From: an uncultured virus (IMG/VR IMGVR_UViG_3300028591_000162) | Taxonomy: Duplodnaviria > Heunggongvirae > Uroviricota > Caudoviricetes | IMG/VR virus record: IMGVR_UViG_3300028591_000162 | Strand: one strand, 5' to 3' | DNA: 64,000 nucleotides | Part shown: piece after piece, positions 17,764 to 27,686 of the stretch | Position numbering within the stretch: position 1 is the stretch's first letter | Layout: each line of letters starts with the position of its first letter | The notes under the pieces: model-generated | The model's database searches: none | Told to the model about the DNA's origin: nothing | What the model saw: the letters and a program-made list of their open reading frames with translations, nothing else | Position numbers and translations under genes: made by a program

Positions 17764-19383
17764 ATGACTGATAATATTAAACTCCTATATATAGACCTGT
17801 TCTGTGGGGCTGGCGGCACCAGTACAGGTGTTGAAAAGGCAACCTTTCACGGTGATAAGTGTGCCAAGGTCATTGCCTGTGTCAATCACGATGCCAATGC
17901 CATTGCATCCCATGCTGCCAACCATCCCGATGCGCTCCACTTCACGGAGGACATTCGTACACTTGAACTATCTCCACTCGTTGCGCACACAGAACGCTTG
18001 CGCCTACTTCATCCCGATGCTTACCTGGTACTATGGGCTTCACTTGAATGTACCAACTTCAGCAAAGCAAAGGGAGGGATGCCACGCGATGCTGACAGCC
18101 GTACACTTGCAGAACATCTGTTCCGATATATCGAGGCTCTGCGTCCCGATTACATTCAGATTGAGAACGTGGAAGAATTTATGTGTTGGGGCGACATGGA
18201 CGAGAACGGACACCCTATCAGCAAGGACAAAGGAAAGTCGTATGTCCGTTGGGTGAACAACGTCTGCAAATATGGATATTACTTCGACTGGCGCATACTC
18301 AATGCAGCGGACTATGGCGCATATACCAGTCGTAAGCGTTTCTTCGGGCAGTTCGCCTTGCATGGTCTGCCTATCGCTTTCCCGAAAGCCACACATGCCA
18401 AATGCCCTGCAAAGTATGAGCATAGCCTGTTCCCTGCCGACAATATGCAGCCTTGGAAGCCTGTGCGCGAAGTTCTCGACCTCAACGATGAGGGGGAAAG
18501 CATCTTCGGACGCAAGAAACCGCTTGTCGAGAAAACACTGGAGCGTATCTATGCAGGGCTAATCAAGTTTGTTGCTGGTGGCAAGGAGGCTTTCATCGTG
18601 AAGTGGAACAGCGTTAACGGAAAGACAGGAAAGTATGTACCGCCAAGTATCGACGAACCTTGCCCTACTGTTGCGACACAGAACCGCCTCGGCGTAGCAA
18701 AGGTGCAGTTCCTAAGCAAGCAATTCGGTGGCGACCCGGCAGGAAAGAACATCAGCGTGGAAGAACCTGCCGGCACAATCACCTGCCGCGACCATCACGC
18801 TTTTGTGTCTGCTCACTATGGTAATGGCTTCAACACTTCCGTTGATGCCCCTGCGCCTACGCTTACCTGTAAAGACCGCCTCGGACTGGTAACAAGCAAC
18901 TTTCTTGTTAATGAGTATAGTGGCGGTGGACAGACATCTGATATAGATAAGCCATGTCCAGCATTACTTACCAACCCCAAACAGAAAGTCGTGTCTGCTC
19001 AATATCTTATGAACCCACAATTTGCCAACAAAGGAGGCAGCATCGACAAACCTTGCTTCACGCTCATTGCTCGCATGGATAAGATGCCACCGTATCTTGT
19101 CAGCACAAAAGAGGGACTTGCCATTGAGGTTTACGAGACTGACAGCCCTGCAACCATACAAATCAAGGAGTTTATGGCTCTCTACGGTATTGCAGACATC
19201 CGTATGCGTATGCTGCGCATACCCGAACTAAAACGTATCATGGGCTTTCCCGAAGATTACACACTCATTGGCACACAGGCAGAGCAAAAGAAGTTCATCG
19301 GCAATGCCGTCGAGGTGAACATGGCGCGTGTTCTTTGCGAGGCTCTTTGCAAAAAACTTAATCAAAAGAAACAAGCAGTATGA
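17764..19383 (+). CDS. DNA (cytosine-5) methyltransferase
   Basis: DLFCGAGG, WASLECTNFS, IENVEEF, TSRKRFF, IGNAV. Confidence 0.92.
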   Translation: MTDNIKLLYIDLFCGAGGTSTGVEKATFHGDKCAKVIACVNHDANAIASHAANHPDALHFTEDIRTLELSPLVAHTERLRLLHPDAYLVLWASLECTNFSKAKGGMPRDADSRTLAEHLFRYIEALRPDYIQIENVEEFMCWGDMDENGHPISKDKGKSYVRWVNNVCKYGYYFDWRILNAADYGAYTSRKRFFGQFALHGLPIAFPKATHAKCPAKYEHSLFPADNMQPWKPVREVLDLNDEGESIFGRKKPLVEKTLERIYAGLIKFVAGGKEAFIVKWNSVNGKTGKYVPPSIDEPCPTVATQNRLGVAKVQFLSKQFGGDPAGKNISVEEPAGTITCRDHHAFVSAHYGNGFNTSVDAPAPTLTCKDRLGLVTSNFLVNEYSGGGQTSDIDKPCPALLTNPKQKVVSAQYLMNPQFANKGGSIDKPCFTLIARMDKMPPYLVSTKEGLAIEVYETDSPATIQIKEFMALYGIADIRMRMLRIPELKRIMGFPEDYTLIGTQAEQKKFIGNAVEVNMARVLCEALCKKLNQKKQAV

Positions 19384-19703
19384 AGATACTTGAACTTCCA
19401 CTTAAAAAGGAATGGTACGACATGATTGAGAGCGGAGAAAAGCGTGAGGAGTACAGAGAGATAAAGCCACACTGGAGCAAAAGATTTGTTGGGGTTGACA
19501 AGCCTCTATTCTCTCACCGTTACGGCTATCAACATGCTAACGTGAAAGGTTATACTCACGTCCGTTTCCGCTACGGCTACACAAAGCGCACTATGCTCTA
19601 CAAGATAGATGAAATAACTATCGGGCGCGGCAACCCAAACTGGGGTGCGCCAACCGACAAAGACGTATTCATAATTAAATTTCACGAATATGAGAACAAT
19701 TAA
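19380..19703 (+). CDS. ASCH/PUA-like domain protein (paralog of 12677)
   Basis: LPLKKEWYDMIESGEKREEYR. Confidence 0.8.
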   Translation: MKILELPLKKEWYDMIESGEKREEYREIKPHWSKRFVGVDKPLFSHRYGYQHANVKGYTHVRFRYGYTKRTMLYKIDEITIGRGNPNWGAPTDKDVFIIKFHEYENN

Positions 19704-20061
19704 ATTCAGAGCGCAAGACATTGCGAGCAACAAATGGTTGTATGGTGACCTGAGACACCATAAGGACGACGTTTGCATCTTCGAGCAGGGAGGCAACAAG
19801 GGCGAACAAGTAAAACGTGACACCATCGGACAATTTACCAGTCTTTACGATAAGAACAAAAAGGAGATTTATGAGGGAGACATTCTTAAGGTACAAGGTA
19901 CACGGGAGAGAATAGAAGTCCGTTTCGTGCGTGGTGTTTTTGCTTTCCTGTGGAATGGAAACCTTGACGACGAAGCACCAATAAACGCTCCAACACATGA
20001 ATGGGCAGAAGTCATTGGAAACATTCATGATAATCCTAAACTATTAAAGCGAAAAAAATAA
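19690..20061 (+). CDS. YopX family protein
   Basis: IKFRA...GQFTSLYDKNKKEIYEGDIL...EVIGNIHDNP. Confidence 0.9.
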   Translation: MRTIKFRAQDIASNKWLYGDLRHHKDDVCIFEQGGNKGEQVKRDTIGQFTSLYDKNKKEIYEGDILKVQGTRERIEVRFVRGVFAFLWNGNLDDEAPINAPTHEWAEVIGNIHDNPKLLKRKK

Positions 20062-20390
20062 TGAAACTCTACATCGCAACACCTATCAACGCTCGGCAAG
20101 AGCCGACAATGCGCGAGAAACTTATCTCGGCAAAACATCGTGTCGAAATGCTGAAAGAAATCCTTGCGGATGATGTTCAGTTCAAAGACTACGAACTGAC
20201 AAGCACTTTCGACTTTAACAACATGTACGACGCAGACGAAGAAAAGGCTATGTCACGGTGCATCTACCATGTCCTTACTTCCGATGCTATCTACCTTGAC
20301 CACGGCTGGACTGCATCCAAGGGCTGCAACCTTGAATACCGTGCAGCCAAAATCTACGGCAAACAGATTTTTGAACATGATAAACTCTAA
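20061..20390 (+). CDS. DUF4406-like (nucleoside deoxyribosyltransferase fold) protein
   Basis: LYIATPI...DAIYLDHGWTASKGCNLEYRAA. Confidence 0.75.
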   Translation: MKLYIATPINARQEPTMREKLISAKHRVEMLKEILADDVQFKDYELTSTFDFNNMYDADEEKAMSRCIYHVLTSDAIYLDHGWTASKGCNLEYRAAKIYGKQIFEHDKL

Positions 20391-20614
20391 TGGGCATGGA
20401 CAATAACGAAGTTACAACAGCACTTCCAAATGTGAAGTGGAAAATCATGGATGCTGACCGGGCAAAGGAACATCGTCTTGAACTGATAAAGATTGATGAT
20501 GATAACGTCCTACTATCAATCAACCTCAGATACATTCCCATTGGAATGACAATCACAGATTTCATAGAGAACATCATTCAAACTGGTATAGTAATCATCG
20601 ACAAAAAGGAATAA
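20390..20614 (+). CDS. Hypothetical protein
   Basis: Translationally coupled ORF. Confidence 0.5.
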   Translation: MGMDNNEVTTALPNVKWKIMDADRAKEHRLELIKIDDDNVLLSINLRYIPIGMTITDFIENIIQTGIVIIDKKE

Positions 20615-20618
20615 TATT

Positions 20619-20948
20619 ATGGCACAAGAAAACATTCCAAACGTAACCTTTGACGAACTGGTCGTTGAAGTAGAGAAGTCCTTAAAGGACATGCACAAAG
20701 AACTGCGCCGTCAGCGCAACAAGTATGGCGCACAGTACAATTACAAGAACAACTATGAGCAGCTTAACAGACGCTTCGGAGAAGACCCTCGCAAACTGAT
20801 TGACGAGTACAATCTTATCCTCGATAAGAAGTCTAACCAGCCTGTTGCAGTCCGCGAACCAATCAAAGCAATAGTTGCCACAGCCATTAACCGCCTCATC
20901 GCTGCCAAGATGAAAGAAGCAGAGGAAGCAGACAAATCCAAAACATAA
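20619..20948 (+). CDS. Hypothetical protein
   Basis: Last ORF of the early block. Confidence 0.6.
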   Translation: MAQENIPNVTFDELVVEVEKSLKDMHKELRRQRNKYGAQYNYKNNYEQLNRRFGEDPRKLIDEYNLILDKKSNQPVAVREPIKAIVATAINRLIAAKMKEAEEADKSKT

Positions 20949-20980
20949 CAGGCGTTCACACTCAAACAACGCTACCTTTG
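20939..20980 (+). promoter_or_regulatory. Putative late promoter CAAAACATAAC-N23-TACCTTTG
   Basis: Same architecture as four minus-strand copies. Confidence 0.65.
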
Positions 20981-21007
20981 CAAGCGTACACATAAGCAAG
21001 TGATGTC

Positions 21008-23770
21008 ATGATTAAAGAACTACAATACAAAGGATATGCCACTGAACCGTCAGACTATGAATGTCCCGACGGTCAGTTGGCTACGTCCTTGAACCTCATC
21101 AATGAGGACGAACAACTCAAACCAGTATTCCAGCCGTCTGAACTTGCAGAACTTCCAAGCGGCTATAAAGTAGTGTATATTCACGACACCAACACGTTCA
21201 CCCATTACATTCTGCTCAACACAAGCACAAACAAATTGTATTGGATTGACGAAAGCATCATCACGGATGCTGCCGTAAAGCCTGTGTCAAGTGCGACGAT
21301 TGAAACGGAACTGGCTCAGACAAGCCCAAGCCGTGAACTCTATTCGTTTGGTTCAACTGAAATCTACAATGTCAATGGCATCGGTAACACGCTGATTGTT
21401 CTTACCGCCAATGGTATGCACTACCTGCTTTGGAAAGGCGACACAGAGGGGTATCTGTATCTTGGTACACATCTACCCGAATTGCCTATCTCGTTTGGGT
21501 TGCAAGGCGAGGTGGTGCGCACTGACGTATTCAGTATTTCTTTTAATGGCATCGGCGAGGGCAGTCTTTGGAATGAGTTTTCCGATGAAAACAAATCACG
21601 CATAACAAGTCAAGTGCTGGCAAAGGTAAACAAGTTCATTGCTGACCAATCAACCAACGCTGGTAAATTCATCTTTCCTTTCCTTGTACGGTATGCTTAC
21701 AGGTTGTATGATGGTTCTCTTACTATGCACTCTGCGCCTATTCTCATGGTATGTTCTTCCGACCTCGCTCCACAGGTATTTTGGGAGCATGTAACAGGAC
21801 ATGGCGAATATACCGATGCGCAGTTGCGTGTTGTTGGTGTAAGGCATACTCTTGACTATGCTGTTGTACTGGCTTCCCGTATTGATATGCTGAGACAGTG
21901 GAAAGATATTGTGCGCTCAGTTGACATCTTTATCTCAAAGCCTATCTACACATACGACCAAAACGGACAATGCACAAGGTTCGCACAATCAAGCGAAATT
22001 AACTCTTTCTGTATCTGTAAGCACATCAATCAAGCTGCTGATACAAACACATACCCTTTGCGATACCAGTACAATACATTTAACAAGTTGTATGCGTTCA
22101 CTTACAACCCGACAACTTTCACATACCCCTCTGGACGCTTGATGATACCGCAGCGTAGCACTGACCAGGTGAAAGCAGATATACGTTCATGTTCCCAGTT
22201 CTATCTACTCAAAAGCATCAAGTTAGACGAACTGACAACTACGCGCACGGCTGTTTCCGTTGAAGAAGATTATTTGCAATCTCTTGTGAATAGAGAGGTT
22301 ATGACAGACGACTTTGACAGTCATGATGTATTGATACCGCAATACTCTTTTGCATATAACTCACGACTGAACATTGCCAATCTAAAAAAGAAACTTTACG
22401 ACACGTTCAATGCCGGAGCAATGTTCTGTTATACCGACGGCTATGTTCAGAACTTTTCTGACGCTTCACCAACTATTATTGACCGTAAAGCCTCATGGGG
22501 TGTCTATTTCTTCATAAAGCAGGACGGACGCGACATCATTGTGCAGGGAGAGGCTTTTGCTATGAGTGTGCAAGCGCGTCTATTATTTTTCTATTATCCA
22601 AACGTCAATGCTTACAAGGCCGTTTTTTATAGATATGATTACTTCTATGATGCCTACGAGGTTCCACTGGAGGCACACGGTTTCCTAAATGGAGCATTTT
22701 ATTTTGGTGGATGGGATAACGCCACAAAAACTACATCATTGCCGTCTGAGTCAAGTGAGGCAATACGCACGATAGATGTTCCAAACAAAATCTACACCTC
22801 CGAAGTCAATAACCCATTCCACTTCCCTGTTTTGGGCATCAACACCGTAGGTACTGGCACCATCCTCGGCATATCTGCTGCGGCAAAAGCAATGTCGCAA
22901 GGTCAGTTCGGACAGTTCCCACTATACGCTTTCACCACTGAGGGCGTTTGGGCGTTGGAGGTGTCTTCCACTGGCTCCTACTCCGCACGTCAGCCTATCA
23001 CGCGAGACGTGTGTATCAATACTGGCAGCATTACGCAGATAGATAGTTCAGTCCTCTTTGCCACAGATAGGGGCATCATGCTTATCAGTGGTTCGCAGAC
23101 ACAGTGTATCACGGATGGCATATTCAGCGAAGCACCGTTCAACGTGCTTGACCTGCCCGGCATAGACCAACTGCACGCCAAACTCGGACACTCTGCAGAT
23201 GCTTGTCTGCCCATGCAGCCGTTCCTCGGTTTCCTTGCAGGGTGTCAGATGGTTTACGACTATGTGCATCAACGTATCTTTGTGTATAACCCAACAAAGG
23301 TGAACGGCTCGCCCAAATACACATACGCCTACGTCTTCTCTCTCAAATCGAAAATGTGGGGCATGGTGTTCACAAACCTTGCATCAACCATCAACGCATA
23401 TCCCGAAGCACTGGCAATGACACTCGATAACAAACTGGTGTCGTTCAGCGAGACTGACGAGGAAGTATGCAAGGGGCTTTACATCACGCGACCGCTCAAA
23501 CTGGAGGCTGCCGATGTTCATAAGACAATCTCCGCACTCATTCAGCGCGGACACTTCCAGCGTGGCGATGTCGGCACGGTGCTGTACGGCTCACGCGACC
23601 TTTTCTCTTGGCACCTCGTTTGGTCTTCAAAAGACCATTACCTGCGTGGGTTCAGAGGTACACCATACAAGTATTTCCGAATAGCAGGACTGGCGACACT
23701 CACCGATGGCAAGTCCATCTTCGGCGCATCAGTCAACTTCGAGCCTCGCCATACAAACCAGTTACGATAA
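21008..23770 (+). CDS. Putative virion tail tube/nozzle (stabilization-type) protein
   Basis: 920 aa, beta-rich, GQFGQFPLYAFT motif, preceded by the late-type promoter; function inferred. Confidence 0.55.
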   Translation: MIKELQYKGYATEPSDYECPDGQLATSLNLINEDEQLKPVFQPSELAELPSGYKVVYIHDTNTFTHYILLNTSTNKLYWIDESIITDAAVKPVSSATIETELAQTSPSRELYSFGSTEIYNVNGIGNTLIVLTANGMHYLLWKGDTEGYLYLGTHLPELPISFGLQGEVVRTDVFSISFNGIGEGSLWNEFSDENKSRITSQVLAKVNKFIADQSTNAGKFIFPFLVRYAYRLYDGSLTMHSAPILMVCSSDLAPQVFWEHVTGHGEYTDAQLRVVGVRHTLDYAVVLASRIDMLRQWKDIVRSVDIFISKPIYTYDQNGQCTRFAQSSEINSFCICKHINQAADTNTYPLRYQYNTFNKLYAFTYNPTTFTYPSGRLMIPQRSTDQVKADIRSCSQFYLLKSIKLDELTTTRTAVSVEEDYLQSLVNREVMTDDFDSHDVLIPQYSFAYNSRLNIANLKKKLYDTFNAGAMFCYTDGYVQNFSDASPTIIDRKASWGVYFFIKQDGRDIIVQGEAFAMSVQARLLFFYYPNVNAYKAVFYRYDYFYDAYEVPLEAHGFLNGAFYFGGWDNATKTTSLPSESSEAIRTIDVPNKIYTSEVNNPFHFPVLGINTVGTGTILGISAAAKAMSQGQFGQFPLYAFTTEGVWALEVSSTGSYSARQPITRDVCINTGSITQIDSSVLFATDRGIMLISGSQTQCITDGIFSEAPFNVLDLPGIDQLHAKLGHSADACLPMQPFLGFLAGCQMVYDYVHQRIFVYNPTKVNGSPKYTYAYVFSLKSKMWGMVFTNLASTINAYPEALAMTLDNKLVSFSETDEEVCKGLYITRPLKLEAADVHKTISALIQRGHFQRGDVGTVLYGSRDLFSWHLVWSSKDHYLRGFRGTPYKYFRIAGLATLTDGKSIFGASVNFEPRHTNQLR

Positions 23771-23830
23771 CTTTGTGTTTTTCATAGTATTGATTTAGGT
23801 TTTAGATTTAGTTTTTTAAGGTAAAAACAA

Positions 23831-23866
23831 GAAACGCACCCGTCTGTGAAGATAGGTGCGTTTTCC
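23831..23866. terminator. Bidirectional terminator between convergent operons
   Basis: AAACGCACC...GGTGCGTTTT hairpin. Confidence 0.75.
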
Positions 23867-23905
23867 TTGTCGGGATAGTTCCTGCCCGGTTTGGCAGGTG
23901 TATTG

Positions 23906-24466
23906 TTACCAAGGGTGTGTTGCCCTTGTGAATGCTTTTCTGCGCAGGTTCTTGACTTCTTCTATTTCCTTTTTGATAGCCTCAGCCTTGGCACTCCAGT
24001 TGGCTGCTGCTTGCGGATTGGTGATGCTCAGCCAGTCAGCCAGCACGCAGTACACCATAAACTCATGTATCAGTTTCGATAAGTGGTGCATCGTGGTACG
24101 CGACATGGTGTTAGGCACATTCAATTCCACGACATACTCTTCGGGAGCGTGTAGGCAGTTGTCTATTTCCTCCTCGATGGGTTCAGCCTTGGTGTAAGGG
24201 AATAGCATTTCTATCACTGCGGTGTGGACTACAGCGAGGATACGGCTCACCCTGTCCACGTTACCCTCCTCGCCAATCTCTACGAGTACATGCTGGGCGT
24301 GTTGTTTCTCCTCACCCATCACGTCACCCTCTACATAGGCATAGTTCTTGATGTCGTAAAGCAACTGGTCACGCAGGAACTTAAGACGCACTACGCGCTT
24401 GTCCTCTGCATCGGCGGCTGTGCCGTTTGCCGTAATGTTATTGCAGCCTGTTCCACAGTAGTCCAT
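23906..24466 (-). CDS. Putative head-tail adaptor/ring protein (paralog 3)
   Basis: Shares IHEF.V...L..W...P pattern with its neighbours. Confidence 0.55.
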   Translation of the reverse strand: MDYCGTGCNNITANGTAADAEDKRVVRLKFLRDQLLYDIKNYAYVEGDVMGEEKQHAQHVLVEIGEEGNVDRVSRILAVVHTAVIEMLFPYTKAEPIEEEIDNCLHAPEEYVVELNVPNTMSRTTMHHLSKLIHEFMVYCVLADWLSITNPQAAANWSAKAEAIKKEIEEVKNLRRKAFTRATHPW

Positions 24467-24503
24467 AACGATTGGATAAAATTGGTTATTATTTGATTAA
24501 CTG

Positions 24504-25022
24504 TTATGGTGTGTAGGTCGGACGCTCGGGACGGCTACGCTTGTAGAGGGCTTTCTTCGCTCTGTCAAGTGCTGCCTCTGCATCAGCCTTGCAAGCCTCC
24601 GCAATCTCCGGGCATGTCTGACGATACCACTCATAGATACTGCGACCCACAACAAACTCATGAATACCACCACCGAGAGCGTCGGCTGCGGCACTGTTGT
24701 AGTTGCTGGGAAGCAGGAAATTCAGAATTACCGCCTCGCCGTTCTCCACCTTGCTGTCGATGAGGTTGTCGGTCGCCGTCGTTGTCTCGTTCAGATACTC
24801 ACCCAACTCCACCTTGGTCTCTGCAATAGCGTTGCTAATGGCGCGGATAAGTTCATACGAGTTCTCCAAGTCTTCGCTCGCCTGCATGTGAGCTGCTGCC
24901 TCATAGTTGAGTTTGCCCGCTGCTTGCAGACTGCGTGCTGTCACGTGCGTCTTATTCATAATCGCAAACTTCAGTTCCTTGGTCTGAATGGTGACATCAA
25001 GATTTTTTTTGTTCTCTGCCAT
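24504..25022 (-). CDS. Putative head-tail adaptor/ring protein (paralog 2)
   Basis: IHEFVVGRSIYEWY...KRSRPERPTY. Confidence 0.55.
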   Translation of the reverse strand: MAENKKNLDVTIQTKELKFAIMNKTHVTARSLQAAGKLNYEAAAHMQASEDLENSYELIRAISNAIAETKVELGEYLNETTTATDNLIDSKVENGEAVILNFLLPSNYNSAAADALGGGIHEFVVGRSIYEWYRQTCPEIAEACKADAEAALDRAKKALYKRSRPERPTYTP

Positions 25023-25060
25023 GATGATGAAAAATTTAATGGGGTTATTTACTCTCTTTA

Positions 25061-25516
25061 TTAGTCGTAGGTCGGGCGCGTAGGCTTCTTCTTGAAGAAT
25101 GCTTTTTCCTTAACATCGTCAAGGATGCTCTTGCCGACGGTGGCGAAATCTCCAGCCTCTTTCTTGTTGGTGAACACATACCACTTGGCGGTGATGCTCT
25201 GAACGAAGTAGGAGAACAAGCCCAACTCCATACCAGGCTGCAAGGCTGTGTCGAAAGCCACTGACACATTCAGTACAAGTTGATAGGTGTCGCCGTCTTC
25301 TGCCATGCCCTCCGACACAAGCATACGGATAAATGCCTGTGCCACCTCTGCACGGCTCTCATCCCAAAAGCGTTGCAACTCCGACTGGTCTTCATCAACG
25401 GTAGTGATACGCTCGTAGGCATTTGCGTCGTCGTCCATCTTTGCGCCGGTGTAACTGGTGGTCTGTGCAACCTCCTTGAACACTGCCGACTTGCTGATTG
25501 ATAAAATGATGTTCAT
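25061..25516 (-). CDS. Putative head-tail adaptor/ring protein (paralog 1)
   Basis: LFSYFVQSITAKWY...KKKPTRPTY. Confidence 0.55.
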   Translation of the reverse strand: MNIILSISKSAVFKEVAQTTSYTGAKMDDDANAYERITTVDEDQSELQRFWDESRAEVAQAFIRMLVSEGMAEDGDTYQLVLNVSVAFDTALQPGMELGLFSYFVQSITAKWYVFTNKKEAGDFATVGKSILDDVKEKAFFKKKPTRPTYD

Positions 25517-25518
25517 AG

Positions 25519-26103
25519 TTAAAAACTGATTATACTGTATGTGATGCCGATGCCGATGTATGGCTCAGCCTGTTTACTCTTAAATCCGTACCCGTAGCCT
25601 CCCGTAATACCGATGTGCCATTTATTAGGAGGCTTGTAACTGCGCTCATGAATGACGGTGGTTTTCGGAAACACAAAGATGCTGTCAAGGTTCGGTTCAT
25701 AGCCACTGACGTAGGCGCGGTAATCCTCATTCTCATAGCGTTTCTGTGTGATGGGGATTGCCACCGCTGCGCTGTCGCTGTCAACTGACGCATACAGCGG
25801 CGGTATATTTTCCCCATTATTTTGCGCATAATTTTCAGCCAAAAATGTGTCGGTCTTGTTGGTCGTGCTGCTATCACGACGCTTGACTGGCAGAGTTCTT
25901 GTCACATACTTAATCACCATGCTGTCTTTCGGCACAGGCTGGTAATATGGTATGGTGTCAATGTAGGTGCTGGTGTCGCGCTCACTCACATAGTCCGTCG
26001 CCTTGCTACGACCGAACACACCATAACCGATGATGCCTCCAAGCACCAGTCCGACAAGCATGAATACCAATGCTGCTTTTACTGCTTCCCTGTTCATAAG
26101 CAT
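25519..26103 (-). CDS. Putative spanin-like lysis protein
   Basis: N-terminal TM, C-terminal beta hairpin (WHIGITGGYGY...PYIGIGITY); follows the endolysin. Confidence 0.55.
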   Translation of the reverse strand: MLMNREAVKAALVFMLVGLVLGGIIGYGVFGRSKATDYVSERDTSTYIDTIPYYQPVPKDSMVIKYVTRTLPVKRRDSSTTNKTDTFLAENYAQNNGENIPPLYASVDSDSAAVAIPITQKRYENEDYRAYVSGYEPNLDSIFVFPKTTVIHERSYKPPNKWHIGITGGYGYGFKSKQAEPYIGIGITYSIISF

Positions 26104-26696
26104 TCAATATATTTAGTGATACCATCTACGTGCAAGTCCACAAGTTCCGTCATACCTGCCTCACTCAAAAGGTAGTCCACATCGCCCTTGTGGTCTTGAA
26201 ACATATTCTCTGTCAATACTGCTGGGCAAGCGGTGTTCTTCAGAATATAGATGTCCTTATTCGTCCAACTCCACGTCCAGTATTTCTGTAAGGGTACGCT
26301 TCTGTTACCCATAAGTTCACGCTTCATTGCCTCAACGGTGAGCATACGCGCCAACTTCTTGCTGTTCTCGCTGGCGTTCTTGCTGACAAATACGCTCCAC
26401 CCACAGGCATCATGCCACTTGCCATCGCCGCCTCCTGCATTGTTGTGGATGCTGACAAGCAGACAATTCCGTGCGCCAACAGCCTTGCAGATGTTATTCA
26501 CACGGCTCACTCGCGTCTGCAACTTCACGTCCCATGCTTCGGGGGTTATCAGTTCGGCATCATAACCTTTCTTTTTCAATGCTGCAACAAGACGCTTTGC
26601 ACAGTCACGAGCCCAAGCGTATTCACGCAGACGCTTGTCGGGGCTGCACTTGCCAGCGGTGTTGCTGCCATGTCCGTTGTCAATCAGTATTTTCAT
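26094..26696 (-). CDS. Endolysin, N-acetylmuramoyl-L-alanine amidase (Amidase_3)
   Basis: ILIDNGHG, LREY, VSIHNNA, PAVLTENMF. Confidence 0.92.
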   Translation of the reverse strand: MKILIDNGHGSNTAGKCSPDKRLREYAWARDCAKRLVAALKKKGYDAELITPEAWDVKLQTRVSRVNNICKAVGARNCLLVSIHNNAGGGDGKWHDACGWSVFVSKNASENSKKLARMLTVEAMKRELMGNRSVPLQKYWTWSWTNKDIYILKNTACPAVLTENMFQDHKGDVDYLLSEAGMTELVDLHVDGITKYIECL

Positions 26697-27252
26697 TGCC
26701 CTGCTGCTTTTTATAATTATCAAACTCGGCAAGCAACTGGCGTGCTGCCTCAACCTGTTCCTCTGTAACACGACCGCCATTCTTCAACTCATCAAGCGAA
26801 ACATCAAAGTGTCTCTCAGTCTTGTCAACCATGATGCGTTGCAACGTCTTCCAAAAACGGCTCTCGTTCTCATCCCGACATGAACTTTCATTTTCGAGGA
26901 TAGACCACGCCTGTTCAAAGCATATCACTCCTGTAACGATGTACGACAAAGGGATGGAGATATGAACGAACACCCAGTGTTCCACCATATAAGCAAGCAG
27001 TATCAGCCATAATCGCTTGGGAATGGTAGAACGTATCACCTTGCCAAAAGCAAAACTGGTGAACTTTGCCGCTTCGCGCTTTGTCTTGTCCGGGTACTTC
27101 ACATGCACACGTTTGTCAAGACTATATGCTGTCCAAGCATCATACACAATAAAAATGATTGCCACAATGATGAGTGGGAATGTAGGCTTGAACTCACCGA
27201 TTATCCAACCGATGCCGCCGCCGATAACAGAGAAAATTACTTTGTAGTTCAT
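26680..27252 (-). CDS. Holin (phage holin 4-like)
   Basis: Multiple TM segments, EQAWSILEN motif, overlaps the endolysin start. Confidence 0.75.
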   Translation of the reverse strand: MNYKVIFSVIGGGIGWIIGEFKPTFPLIIVAIIFIVYDAWTAYSLDKRVHVKYPDKTKREAAKFTSFAFGKVIRSTIPKRLWLILLAYMVEHWVFVHISIPLSYIVTGVICFEQAWSILENESSCRDENESRFWKTLQRIMVDKTERHFDVSLDELKNGGRVTEEQVEAARQLLAEFDNYKKQQGNENTD

Positions 27253-27271
27253 TGCTAAAAGTTTTTTGATG

Positions 27272-27313
27272 CAAATGTAACCACTTTGAAGCCGTGTCAA
27301 CTGTTATCTTTTG
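27272..27313 (-). promoter_or_regulatory. Putative late promoter CAAAAGATAAC-N23-TACATTTG (lysis cassette)
   Basis: Conserved motif and spacing. Confidence 0.7.
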
Positions 27314-27335
27314 AGTTGGTCGCCTATACACAAAG

Positions 27336-27371
27336 AAAGAGCCACAGGCTTATGGCTACCTGCGGCTCTCA
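27336..27371 (-). terminator. Intrinsic terminator
   Basis: GAGCCACAGG...CCTGCGGCTC stem with adjacent A-rich run. Confidence 0.6.
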
Positions 27372-27389
27372 AAAACCATTTATGTAGTA

Positions 27390-27686
27390 TCAACTATGAT
27401 GTGGGGTGTCGTAGTTGAAGTAGTATCTTCCGAATAGGCGCGTGCTGATATAGTAAAGCAGGGCTATCAGCGTGAACCATGTGAGCGCATAGGGGTTACG
27501 GCTCTGACGACTTGATATTTTCTGCATATTGAGAAACAGGTTCGTGTCTGCTTCCTTGCGCTGTTCCTCACCACCACCCTTGTCATACTCGTTGTCATGC
27601 AGCACGCACGCTGCATAATACTTCTTGGCGTATGGGGGCTTGATATATTTCAGCAGACCTTTGGCACAACCGCAACCGTTACTCAT
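27390..27686 (-). CDS. Phospholipase A2-like small protein
   Basis: NGCG...AACVLHDNEY...RKEADTNL (CxxHDxxY motif). Confidence 0.6.
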   Translation of the reverse strand: MSNGCGCAKGLLKYIKPPYAKKYYAACVLHDNEYDKGGGEEQRKEADTNLFLNMQKISSRQSRNPYALTWFTLIALLYYISTRLFGRYYFNYDTPHHS

